From an uncultured bacterium (GTDB lineage Bacteria > Gemmatimonadota > Gemmatimonadetes > Gemmatimonadales > Gemmatimonadaceae): DNA of 64,000 nt. Where the stretch lies: assembly GCA_963978095.1 (NCBI GenBank), contig CAXBQP010000002.1:32001-96000 (forward strand). The letters are read 5' to 3'. Positions 1 to 10,118 of this stretch are shown piece after piece. Within the stretch, counting starts at the first letter, position 1. Every line of letters begins with the position of its first letter. Below the pieces are notes generated by a model. The model searched no databases. It saw only the letters and a program-made list of their open reading frames with translations, and had not been told where the DNA came from. Both the position numbers and the translations under genes were made by a program.

Positions 1-1740
<1,740 letters not shown>

Positions 1741-2210
1741 CGTAATCGAAATCCCGTATTTGCGTCGTTCGCGGCAGACTGTCCCGTCGCGAGGTAGGGG
1801 TACTCGTCTTCACGCCTTCGGCCCAACAGCGCCCCCGAGCCTCCGGGAGCAAAAATGCGGCTGGACCAGTCACCCTGATCGCGCGCAACATGAGCATCGC
1901 TGCGACGGCAGGATTGGTATCCATCCGCTCTCGCCGGGTACATTCGCCACTGTTGCGCGAACGGGGACCCTCGGCGCGCCGGAAGTGGCAACGGCAATCG
2001 TGAGCAACAGCTCCCACGATTCCTTCCGACGTCGAATTGTCCTGCGTTGCTTTTCGGGAACCTCGGTGTCCGCACAGAGCGGAAACGTTCGGTAGACTGA
2101 TCCCACAATCCCCGCGCGTGCACGTACACCATCCGCACGTTGGCGAGCCCATAAGTCCCGGTACGCAGTTCACCGGTTTTGCTCAGGCGCGAGTCACTTT
2201 TTGCCAGAGC
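1741..2210 (-). ncRNA. Candidate long structured 5' leader RNA of fusA
   Basis: Lies between a sigma70-like promoter and the fusA start, with several mutually nested helices (see findings). Confidence 0.45.
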
Positions 2211-2216
2211 CTTGGT

Positions 2217-2244
2217 AAGATAGCGCGAGCGGCCCTTAAGTCAA
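2217..2244 (-). promoter_or_regulatory. Sigma70-type promoter for fusA (TTGACT-N16-TATCTT)
   Basis: The same -10 TATCTTAC is seen upstream of rpsL and of the tRNA operon. Confidence 0.7.
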
Positions 2245-2297
2245 CCGCTGGGGGACCCCAGCCTTCCGGGATCCTCCGAACGGCTCAGGCCTCCTCT

Positions 2298-2333
2298 AAA
2301 TGAAACAGGGCGCCGCCCATCCGGACGGCGCCC
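2298..2333 (-). terminator. Intrinsic terminator ending the flgM transcript
   Basis: GGGCGCCG/CGGCGCCC stem followed on the minus strand by TGTTTCATTT. Confidence 0.65.
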
Positions 2334-2352
2334 CTTCTCCCCCCTTCCTGCG

Positions 2353-2517
2353 TCAGGCTTCGCTGACCGCCCCGCCCGACGCCTCGCTCCCCCAGGACAG
2401 CGAGCCGCTGGTCCCATCGCGGGCTGGAACCGCCCGCAACGTCGAGACCTCAAGGTCCACGGCGCGGAGCGCCACTTCGGAGTTGTACAGAATCTCTTCG
2501 ATGCGAGCGGGCGTCAT
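2353..2517 (-). CDS. Small 54-aa ORF downstream of flgM
   Basis: Manual translation MTPARIEEILYNSEVALRAVDLEVSTLRAV...SEA. It fills the gap between flgM and the terminator and is shorter than any ORF in the track. Confidence 0.5.
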   Translation of the reverse strand: MTPARIEEILYNSEVALRAVDLEVSTLRAVPARDGTSGSLSWGSEASGGAVSEA

Positions 2518-2554
2518 GGCAATCTCAGTAAGGACAAAGGAAAACAGATGACGA

Positions 2555-2845
2555 CTAGAGGTCGCCGGACTTCAGGATCGCACGAGCGACCGAGTCCAGG
2601 ACCGCCGTGGAGTCGTAGGCCTTCTGGTTGACCCGCTGGCGGATCTCCGCCAACCGCGCGGTGTTCGCGGCATCGCCCTTCGACATGGCGAGCCCCTCGG
2701 CCGAGAGGGTGACGGCATCGCGCGCGGGCGCACGAGTGGCCGCAACGGGAGACGCCACCGACGGCGCGCTCGGCTTGGCCGTTTCGCGGTTGACGGTGTT
2801 GGCGGCGAGCTTTGACGCTTGGGTGCCGATGTTTCCGATCTTCAT
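2555..2845 (-). CDS. flgM: Anti-sigma28 factor FlgM
   Basis: 96 aa with DAVTLS and RLAEIRQRVNQKAY motifs, an AGGAGG RBS and a sigma28 promoter upstream. Confidence 0.85.
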   Translation of the reverse strand: MKIGNIGTQASKLAANTVNRETAKPSAPSVASPVAATRAPARDAVTLSAEGLAMSKGDAANTARLAEIRQRVNQKAYDSTAVLDSVARAILKSGDL

Positions 2846-2869
2846 TCGATGTTTCCTCCTGTACCAGCA

Positions 2870-2896
2870 ATATCGACACGCGGCGTGAAAACTTTA
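2870..2896 (-). promoter_or_regulatory. Sigma28 promoter of flgM (TAAAGTTT-N11-GTCGATAT)
   Basis: Near-consensus FliA promoter. Confidence 0.85.
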
Positions 2897-2929
2897 GCGG
2901 CCGCTCAGCATGACGGTCCGATTGGCGCG

Positions 2930-3307
2930 CTAGTAACGGACTTCGAAACTTCTTGCATGATCCGCGCCAGCGCCACTGGAGGCGGCCATGACCCCGTCCA
3001 GGGGGAAGGCCGCACCGGCTCCGGGCGACGAAGCCAAAGCGACCGCAGCCTGTTCACGCACATTCGAGGCTCGGGCACGCGCGGCTCGCAACATCGCCGG
3101 TTGACGGCTGACCTGCGTCGTGGCGAGCGCGATCATATCCGCCACGGACCAGCTGGGTTGCTCCGCCGGCCCGCGATCCCCTCCGGTCCCCGTGACCGAC
3201 GAACCAGCCGACGCGCTGAGATCCGGACTGGCGTCCGAGAGGGTCGCAAGCATCACGAGCCCACCCCAACGCGCCCCGGGCGGCACCTGTCGCCGATATA
3301 TCTTCAC
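2930..3307 (-). CDS. Hypothetical protein, flagellar-associated
   Basis: GTG start overlaps the upstream TGA stop (GTGA coupling) and the ORF is co-oriented with flgM. Confidence 0.55.
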   Translation of the reverse strand: MKIYRRQVPPGARWGGLVMLATLSDASPDLSASAGSSVTGTGGDRGPAEQPSWSVADMIALATTQVSRQPAMLRAARARASNVREQAAVALASSPGAGAAFPLDGVMAASSGAGADHARSFEVRY

Positions 3308-3747
3308 TTCGTCAGCCGGAGGTAGGACCGGCTGGACGGGGCGCCGGGAGGGGCGACGGGATGAACACCAGGCTGTCCGCTCAGCGGGGACCGGGCCTGA
3401 TCCACCGCCTTGGCCGGCAAGGCCGTGTACGTGGAGGCAACAGCCTCGACCGCGTCAAGCGGGGCTTCACCGTTCGTCAAGCGTGCCTTCAGCTCGTCGA
3501 GTATGCGTTGGAGTTCCTTCCCGAAATCGCCGGGCAGCGGCTTGGCACTCGGCGATTCTTGCCGCAGCGCCTCGCGAAGTGCCGGATAGTTGACCGTCAG
3601 GTGATCCGTCACACGCGCACCGACACGTACGTCGAGCGATGAAACCCGAACAGCGGCCGATGGCGGAGCGGTCGGCTTCACGAGCCGAGGCTGCGGCCGC
3701 ACGTCGGCGTTCGCGGTTCGGATGAGAGTCATGGTGAAGGAATCCAT
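3304..3747 (-). CDS. Hypothetical protein, likely sigma28-dependent (start 3747 or 3732)
   Basis: ORF directly downstream of a sigma28-like promoter. Confidence 0.55.
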   Translation of the reverse strand: MDSFTMTLIRTANADVRPQPRLVKPTAPPSAAVRVSSLDVRVGARVTDHLTVNYPALREALRQESPSAKPLPGDFGKELQRILDELKARLTNGEAPLDAVEAVASTYTALPAKAVDQARSPLSGQPGVHPVAPPGAPSSRSYLRLTK

Positions 3748-3754
3748 GCCTGAT

Positions 3755-3782
3755 ATGTCGGCCCAATGCTTGCAAGACTTTA
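3755..3782 (-). promoter_or_regulatory. Sigma28-like promoter (TAAAGTCT-N12-GCCGACAT)
   Basis: Both boxes are close to consensus, with the spacer 1 nt long. Confidence 0.6.
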
Positions 3783-3937
3783 GGCATGCGGCGCAATCGG
3801 ACCGCCGGAAGGGGGGCACATACATTTAATGCACGAACTATGGGTCGACTGGTGGAGTCCCCAGGGTGCTCCCGGTGTGGAGGATCGGCGCCGGTCAGGG
3901 GGGAGCGATTCGGTTTGGGGGCGGAGTTCCAGCGCCG

Positions 3938-3953
3938 TGGCACGAATCGTGCG
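3938..3953 (+). promoter_or_regulatory. Sigma54 promoter of flgL (TGGCACGAATCGTGCG)
   Basis: GG-N10-GC with TGGCAC, 60 nt before the ATG at 4013. Confidence 0.7.
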
Positions 3954-4012
3954 GAAACCCCTGTCGAGGCGGCAGCTTTGTCCGCCACCACCCGTTGAGG
4001 GATGCTCCTGCG

Positions 4013-4915
4013 ATGCGTGTCACGAACTTCAGCATCAGCGATTCCGCCGTTCTCAATCTGAGTGCGCTCCGCGGACAGGTCGACGCGGCGCAGCAGCAGA
4101 TTTCGAGCGGCAAGCGCTTCACCGAGGCGTCGGCCGATCCGGCCGCCGCGCACGGCGTGATGCAGAATCAGAGCCAGTTACGGGCGGTCACCCAGTATCA
4201 ACGCAACGTCGGACTCGCGACATCACGGGCGACCCTGGAAGAGTCCGCCCTGAATCAGTTGGGAGACATTCTGACGCGTGCGCGGGAACTCGGCATCGCA
4301 CAGGCGACCGGAACCGCCAGCGCCAGCACCCGCAGTGCCGCCGGCACGGAGATCAGCCAGCTCCTGGCGCAGGCGGTGAACCTGGGCAACTCCAAGGATG
4401 GCGCCGACTATCTGTTCGGCGGCACCTCGTCCAGCACGGCACCCTACACCATCGATACCACCGGCGCCTCAGCGACTTTTGCCGTCTCCGGACAACCGAC
4501 CGGCGTTCGCGCCGTCCAGATCGGAAGCGGACAGCAACTGACGCCGACGCACGATGGCGCCACCGTCTTCGGGACCAGCAGCGCCGGACCGTTGAAGACC
4601 CTGCAGGACATGGCCGCGGCCTTGGCTTCGAATGATGTGCCGCGTTTGCAGTCCCTGATCGGCGAGGCCAACGCGGCCTTCGACAAGGTCCAGAGCCAAC
4701 TCGGCGAAGTCGGCGCGCGCGCGAGTCAGTTGCAACTCGCGGATTCCAACTTGTCCTCGCTCTCCCAGCAGCTGCAAGCATCGACGTCGACGCTGCAGGA
4801 TGTGGATGTGGAAGCCGCCATCACCATGCTCACGTCACGACAGACGGCGTATCAGGCAGCGATGGCCGCGACGTCACGCATCCTCAATCTCTCACTCACC
4901 GACTACCTCAAATGA
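4013..4915 (+). CDS. flgL: Hook-filament junction protein FlgL (HAP3)
   Basis: MRVT...QQQISSGKRF...DP N-terminus, YLFGG, and C-terminal YQAAM...LSLTDYLK. Confidence 0.93.
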   Translation: MRVTNFSISDSAVLNLSALRGQVDAAQQQISSGKRFTEASADPAAAHGVMQNQSQLRAVTQYQRNVGLATSRATLEESALNQLGDILTRARELGIAQATGTASASTRSAAGTEISQLLAQAVNLGNSKDGADYLFGGTSSSTAPYTIDTTGASATFAVSGQPTGVRAVQIGSGQQLTPTHDGATVFGTSSAGPLKTLQDMAAALASNDVPRLQSLIGEANAAFDKVQSQLGEVGARASQLQLADSNLSSLSQQLQASTSTLQDVDVEAAITMLTSRQTAYQAAMAATSRILNLSLTDYLK

Positions 4916-5382
4916 ACGACATGCAATCTGACGTCACCATGCGGATGACGACGATCCAGTCGGAGTTGTTCGGCCCGCTCGCAGTGGCCGACGATGCGTT
5001 CGTGGACTTCCCCGCCGGCATCCCGGGATTCCCGACGTGCCAGCGCTGGGTGTTCATCACCGGTGCCAAGCAGGGGACGGCATGGCTGCAGTCGGTCGAT
5101 CGCTCGGGGCTCGCCTTCCTGCTCGTGGATCCGTTCCTCGCCTTCGAAGGATACTCGGTGGAGCTGAGCGACTCGGATGTGCGTCGTCTCGATGCGGGAC
5201 AGCCGAATGAAGTCGCGGTCTACGCGATCGTCACCTTGCCGGGACGTCCGGGCGAGCACGCGACGGCGAATCTGCAGGGCCCGTTGCTCTTGAATCACGG
5301 ACGACGCCGCGGCATGCAACTCGTGCTCGGTGACGGCCCGTGGGGCATCCGCGAATCGTTGCCGGTGACGAAGATCGCGTAA
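4912..5382 (+). CDS. fliW: Flagellar assembly factor FliW (true start may be 4939 or 4945)
   Basis: FPAGIPGF, WLQS...LAFLLVDPF and TANLQGPLLLN motifs. Confidence 0.93.
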   Translation: MNDMQSDVTMRMTTIQSELFGPLAVADDAFVDFPAGIPGFPTCQRWVFITGAKQGTAWLQSVDRSGLAFLLVDPFLAFEGYSVELSDSDVRRLDAGQPNEVAVYAIVTLPGRPGEHATANLQGPLLLNHGRRRGMQLVLGDGPWGIRESLPVTKIA

Positions 5383-5442
5383 GAGCGGCATGCGAGCGCC
5401 GTCGCAGTTCGGATCGCGACGCTCGAAGTTCAGCACGCGCTT

Positions 5443-5469
5443 TTCAGAAAATCCGACATCGGTCGATAT
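5443..5469 (+). promoter_or_regulatory. Possible second, upstream sigma28 promoter of flagellin (TTCAGAAA-N11-GTCGATAT)
   Basis: Good -10 box with a weaker -35 box. Confidence 0.45.
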
Positions 5470-5526
5470 AGAGTGAGTGAACGCAGGAGCAGTGAACGCA
5501 ACTTCGAACGCGTGGCGAATCAGCGC

Positions 5527-5553
5527 TAAAGTTCGAGACGAGTCTGACGATAA
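5527..5553 (+). promoter_or_regulatory. Sigma28 promoter of flagellin (TAAAGTTC-N11-GACGATAA)
   Basis: Near-consensus FliA promoter. Confidence 0.85.
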
Positions 5554-5589
5554 TGGACTCAGGAGGCGATGCACCGTGCATCGACTCAC

Positions 5590-5607
5590 GAGGGAACGGA
5601 TTCCCTC
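5590..5607 (+). promoter_or_regulatory. Putative CsrA-binding hairpin in the flagellin leader
   Basis: GAGGGAA/TTCCCTC stem with a CGGA loop, plus further GGA motifs including the SD. Confidence 0.65.
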
Positions 5608-5631
5608 CAACACACACTAGGGAGCAAGACC

Positions 5632-6459
5632 ATGCGCATCAACACGAACGTCAGTGCCCTCTCGGCGGCCCGCAACCTCACCAACACCCAGAACGCGGTT
5701 GCAGCCTCCACCCAGAAGCTCTCCTCGGGCTTCCGCATCACCCGCGCGGCCGATGACGCTGCCGGCCTCGGCACGGCGAACGTCCTGCGCTCGGACATCC
5801 GCGCCTACAACCAGGCCACGCGCAACGCGGAGCAGGCGAACTCGGTGTACAGCATCGCGGAAGGCGCCGCCTCGTCGGTGCAGACGATGCTGGAGCGCAT
5901 GAAGGAGCTCGCGACGCAGGCCGCGTCGGACACGGTGGACAGCAACGGCCGCGGTCGCATCAACGACGAGTTCACGCAGCTCGCGGCGGAAATCGATCGC
6001 ACGGTCAGCGGCACGAAGTTCCAGGGCGGCGCCCTGCTCGACGGCACCTACTCGGCGACCTTCCTCGTCGGCGCCTCGGGCGACTACACCGGCAACGACA
6101 CCCTGGCGGTGGACGGCAGCAAGATGGATCTCTCGACGACCACGCTCGGCGTCGGCTCGTCCACGGTCGACACGCTCTCCAACGCGCAGTCCGCGCTGAC
6201 CGCTCTCGACACCGCGATCGGCAAGGTCAACTCGGCCCTCGGGTACATCGGCGCCAGCCAGAGCCGCATGGAGAATGCGGTGGCGAACCTGAAGACCACC
6301 GTGCAGAACTACTCGGCCGCGGAAAGCACGATCCGCGACGTCGACATGGCTGACGAGATGGTGACCTTCTCGAAGAACAACATCCTCGCGCAGGCCGGCA
6401 CCGCGATCCTCGCCCAGGCCAACCAGGCCGGCCAGGGCATCCTGAAGCTCCTCGGCTGA
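5632..6459 (+). CDS. fliC: Flagellin, 275 aa (minimal, mostly D0/D1)
   Basis: MRINTN...KLSSGFRI..AADDAAGL N-terminus and AESTIRDVDMADEM...LAQAN C-terminus. Confidence 0.98.
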   Translation: MRINTNVSALSAARNLTNTQNAVAASTQKLSSGFRITRAADDAAGLGTANVLRSDIRAYNQATRNAEQANSVYSIAEGAASSVQTMLERMKELATQAASDTVDSNGRGRINDEFTQLAAEIDRTVSGTKFQGGALLDGTYSATFLVGASGDYTGNDTLAVDGSKMDLSTTTLGVGSSTVDTLSNAQSALTALDTAIGKVNSALGYIGASQSRMENAVANLKTTVQNYSAAESTIRDVDMADEMVTFSKNNILAQAGTAILAQANQAGQGILKLLG

Positions 6460-6490
6460 TTCTGGCCAGTAGTCCGGAGTTCCATCACAC

Positions 6491-6526
6491 GACGTCCCCG
6501 GGACCGAGCATGGTTCCGGGGGCGTC
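6491..6526 (+). terminator. Stem-loop between fliC and fliD (attenuator or mRNA stabiliser)
   Basis: GACGTCCCCGGGACC/GGTTCCGGGGGCGTC stem with a weak pyrimidine tail. Confidence 0.55.
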
Positions 6527-6553
6527 GTGCTCCTTCCCTTCGTTGGCCCTCAC

Positions 6554-9280
6554 ATGACATCACCCATCGGCTCATCCACGTCCTCGCCGGCCGGCTCCGT
6601 TCAAGGGCTCGCCAGCGGCGTGCAATGGCAATCGATGGTGGATCAGATCATGGCCGCGGAATCGGCACGTACGCTGAGCCCGGTGCAGAAACGTCAAGCG
6701 GCACTCCAGTCACAGAGCACCGCTTGGCATCAGTTCCAGAGCGTCGTCGGGCAGTTCAAGACCGCCGCCAGCGCGCTGCGCGATCCGAGTTCCTTCGACC
6801 TCTTCCAGGCCAAGGCTGCCAAGAGCGCATCGTCGAGTCGCGAACTCCTTGGCGTGTCGGCCACCACCGGGGCGGTCCCTGCCTCGTATTCGGTCGAAGT
6901 GATGTCGCTCGCCAAGGCGGAAAAGGTGAGTGGCAACGTGGTCGCCGATGCGACCGCCGCGCTCGGGCTGTCGGGTCAACTCTCGCTCGGCGGCCGCGCG
7001 GTCACCGTGTCCGCGACCGATTCGCTCACGAACCTGCGCGACAAGATCAACGCGGCCAACGCAGGGACCACGCCGAGCGGCGTGTCGGCGTCCCTGCTCT
7101 CGACGGGTGGCGGCGCGCGGCTCGTCCTCACCAGCGCGACCGCCGGTTCCTCCGGCGTCGAGATGCTGGATGATGGCAATGGCACGCTCCAAGCGCTCGG
7201 GCTGACCGACGGCACGACCGTCACGAATCGCTCGGCGTCCGGCGCGACGCAAACCAACCGGCTGTCGAGCAGCACGGCCGCGATCGCCACGCTCCTCGGA
7301 ATCCCGTTGCCCGGCCCATCGAGTCTCCGGGTCAATGGCCAGGTGATCCACATCGACCTCTCCGTCGATTCGCTGGCCACCGTTGCGCAGAAGATCAACG
7401 CCGCCACCGGCGATGCCGGCTCAGCCTCGGTGAAAGCCGAGTCCTTGAGCGGCGGGTCCGTCTACCGGCTTACGACCACGGCGACGATCGACACGGATCC
7501 CTCCGATCCGTCCAACAGCACCGCGACGCTCGCCGCGCTCGGCTTCACCAAACCGGGACGCGCGGGGATCACGCAGGTGCTCGGCAGCGCCGCCACGTTC
7601 ACCGACGCGGCGACCGGGGCGTTCGCCGATGCGGCCACCACGCTCGCGAACCTCGTCATGGATGGGACGTCGATGGCGTTGGCGACCGGTGATCGGATCG
7701 CGATCGGCGGCACCAGCGGCGACGGTTCGACCGTGAGCAAGAGCTTCACCGTGACGGCGACGAGCACCGTGGGTGATCTCCTCAGCGCCATCAATGGATC
7801 GGAGTCCGGCTACGGCGCGAACAGCCGTGCCGCCAACGCCGCCATCAGTGCGGGGCAGCTCACGCTGACGGATGGCGTCGCCGGTGATTCCCGGCTGTCC
7901 ATGTCGCTGTCGGTGACGCATGCGTCCGGCGGGACGGGATCATTCGGGGCGATCTCGAGCAGCTACGGCACCACGGGGCGCAGCCGCCAACTGGTGGCGG
8001 GCGCGGATGCCCAGCTGATGATCGACGGGCAGTACGTGACGCGGGGCACCAACACCATCAGCGACGCCATCAGTGGCGTGACGCTTTCCTTGACCTCCGC
8101 CGAGCCGGGGACGGCTGTGGATGTGTCGATCGCGCGCGACCCCGATGCGATTGCCAAGACCCTGACAGATTTTGCGACCGCATACAACGCCGTGCGCACG
8201 TTCATCGATCGGAACGGGGCCGCCGGCGGACCACTCGCGAACAACAGCACCCTCCGCTCGATGGGCGCCTCGCTGACGTCGAGCCTGATCGGCAATGTCA
8301 CCGGCTTGTCCGGCAGCTATCTCACGGCGGCCACCGCCGGACTGCAGCACGATTCGAAAGGCACGCTCTCGCTCGACGCCGCCACCCTGAAGGCCAAGCT
8401 CGCGACGAACTTCGACGACATCAAGCGCTTGTTCACGATGACGGGAACACCGTCGGATTCGGAAGTGTCATTCGTGAGCGCGCGCACCGCGGCCAAAGCG
8501 ACGTCAGCCGGCGCGCCCTATCCGATCACTATTTCGCATGTCGCCACTCCGGCGGACGCGACCGGAGCGGCGCTGTCGACGTACGCGACGAGCGGCGCGG
8601 CCGACACGATGACCATCGCCGACAACTCGACGGGGCTGCATGGCGCGATCACCCTCTCGAATGGTGACTCGCTCGACAGCATCGTGCAGCGACTGAACGG
8701 CCTGTTCGGTGCGCAGCGGATGCGCCTCTCGGCGTCGCGCACGGCGGGCAGTCAACTTCGCATCGTCGGCAGCGATGCGGGGTCCGCGAGCGGATTCACG
8801 ATCGGGTACACGCCGGGCGCCGGCGGCGACGGAACCGCTTCGCTCGGGCTCGCCGCCGGGACCTACGCCGGAACCGACGTGGTCGGCACGATCAACGGGG
8901 TGGCGGGGATCGGCCGAGGACAGTTCCTGACCGGTGCAAAGGGTGACGCGAGTGAAGGGGTGACGATCCAGTACACCGGGTCCGCGGTTCGCGCGGTGGG
9001 GACGCTGGCGCTGAGCCTGGGCGTCGGCGGGCAGCTCGCCTCGATCGCGGATTCGATCTCGGCGACGGGCACCGGCAGTGCTACCACGCAAGCGGACACG
9101 GCGGACACGCAGGCCAGTGCACTGGACAAGCGCATCGCGGACATCCAAACCCGACTCGATGCACGCAAGGCTGCCCTGACGAAGCAGTTCATCGCCATGG
9201 AATCCGCGATGTCCAAGGCGCAGAGCATGGGGAACGCGCTCAGCTCGCAGATCAACGCGCTTCAGAGTTCGTCGAAGTAG
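6554..9280 (+). CDS. fliD: Filament cap protein FliD, unusually long (~908 aa)
   Basis: GLASG..WQSMVDQIM N-terminus, TRGTNTISDAISGVTLSL, and C-terminal LTKQFIAMESAMSK. Confidence 0.92.
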   Translation: MTSPIGSSTSSPAGSVQGLASGVQWQSMVDQIMAAESARTLSPVQKRQAALQSQSTAWHQFQSVVGQFKTAASALRDPSSFDLFQAKAAKSASSSRELLGVSATTGAVPASYSVEVMSLAKAEKVSGNVVADATAALGLSGQLSLGGRAVTVSATDSLTNLRDKINAANAGTTPSGVSASLLSTGGGARLVLTSATAGSSGVEMLDDGNGTLQALGLTDGTTVTNRSASGATQTNRLSSSTAAIATLLGIPLPGPSSLRVNGQVIHIDLSVDSLATVAQKINAATGDAGSASVKAESLSGGSVYRLTTTATIDTDPSDPSNSTATLAALGFTKPGRAGITQVLGSAATFTDAATGAFADAATTLANLVMDGTSMALATGDRIAIGGTSGDGSTVSKSFTVTATSTVGDLLSAINGSESGYGANSRAANAAISAGQLTLTDGVAGDSRLSMSLSVTHASGGTGSFGAISSSYGTTGRSRQLVAGADAQLMIDGQYVTRGTNTISDAISGVTLSLTSAEPGTAVDVSIARDPDAIAKTLTDFATAYNAVRTFIDRNGAAGGPLANNSTLRSMGASLTSSLIGNVTGLSGSYLTAATAGLQHDSKGTLSLDAATLKAKLATNFDDIKRLFTMTGTPSDSEVSFVSARTAAKATSAGAPYPITISHVATPADATGAALSTYATSGAADTMTIADNSTGLHGAITLSNGDSLDSIVQRLNGLFGAQRMRLSASRTAGSQLRIVGSDAGSASGFTIGYTPGAGGDGTASLGLAAGTYAGTDVVGTINGVAGIGRGQFLTGAKGDASEGVTIQYTGSAVRAVGTLALSLGVGGQLASIADSISATGTGSATTQADTADTQASALDKRIADIQTRLDARKAALTKQFIAMESAMSKAQSMGNALSSQINALQSSSK

Positions 9281-9287
9281 TCGATAC
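9261..9287 (+). promoter_or_regulatory. Possible sigma28 promoter for fliS (TTCAGAGT-N11-GTCGATAC)
   Basis: Same pattern as 5443-5469, overlapping the end of fliD. Confidence 0.4.
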
Positions 9288-9314
9288 TGTGAGAGACACC
9301 ACAGGAGCCGACGC

Positions 9315-9710
9315 GTGAGCCACCCCGGGATGACCACCAACAAGTACCGCGAAACCGAGATCCTCTCCGCTGCTCCCGAGCGGTTGTTGATCATCACCTT
9401 TGACGGTCTCATCGCCGCGATGACGCGCGCGCGCGTCGCCGCCGCCGCCTCGCGGGCGGACGTGCTCTTGCCGGCGCTCGAGAAGTCCCGTGACATCCTC
9501 GGCGAATTGCTGGCGTCTCTCGACTTCAACCGTGGTGGCGCGATCGCGCGCCAGCTCTCGTCGATCTACGTCTTCCAACTCGGGCAGTTGCAGACCATGG
9601 GGATTGCCCCTGACGTGCGCCTGCTGGAGCGTCTCACCGCACAGATCCGGGAGTTGCGTGATGCCTTCGCCGAGATTGCGGCCCGCGCGCCGCAGATGGA
9701 AGTCGCATGA
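9315..9710 (+). CDS. fliS: Flagellin chaperone FliS
   Basis: YRETEILSAAPERLLIITFDG...ELLASLDFNRGGAIARQLSSIY...ELRDAF. Confidence 0.92.
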   Translation: MSHPGMTTNKYRETEILSAAPERLLIITFDGLIAAMTRARVAAAASRADVLLPALEKSRDILGELLASLDFNRGGAIARQLSSIYVFQLGQLQTMGIAPDVRLLERLTAQIRELRDAFAEIAARAPQMEVA

Positions 9711-10075
9711 ACCCCGTGGTGATCGCCGAAGATGCCGCGCTGCGTTTGCACGAAGCCGCCGATCTCTGCGACCGCGCCCGCGCCGAAGCCGAGGCGAGCG
9801 ATGAGCAGTTGGCGCTTTCGCTGGAGCAGGCCGCCTCGGTGATCGAGTCGATCTCACCGGTGGCGATTCCCGCCGGCACGTCGGCGCGGCAACGGGTGGA
9901 TGAGGCGTGCGCGCGCGCCCTGAAATCGCACGCGGCGTTGCTCACCACGATCGCCGAGCGGATGCAGAGCATACGTCGTGAGCTGGGTCAGCTGGGCCAG
10001 GCGACGTCTGCGACCTCGCGGTACACCGCTCGCCCCGCTGCGTCCCGTTCGCTCGTGGTGGATCGCATCGGCTGA
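9707..10075 (+). CDS. Helical flagellar chaperone-like protein (FliT position)
   Basis: Coupled to fliS, helical, and ending Y...VDRIG like FliT/FlgN-type chaperones. Confidence 0.55.
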   Translation: MNPVVIAEDAALRLHEAADLCDRARAEAEASDEQLALSLEQAASVIESISPVAIPAGTSARQRVDEACARALKSHAALLTTIAERMQSIRRELGQLGQATSATSRYTARPAASRSLVVDRIG

Positions 10076-10118
10076 CGCGCGGCCGCGCCATCGGCGCGAG
10101 TACCGTTGCGGGTTCGAC

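Noticed and set aside
3900..4012. c-di-GMP riboswitch before flgL
   Set aside because: I could not find the GEMM-type conserved elements, and the leader after the sigma54 motif is too short.
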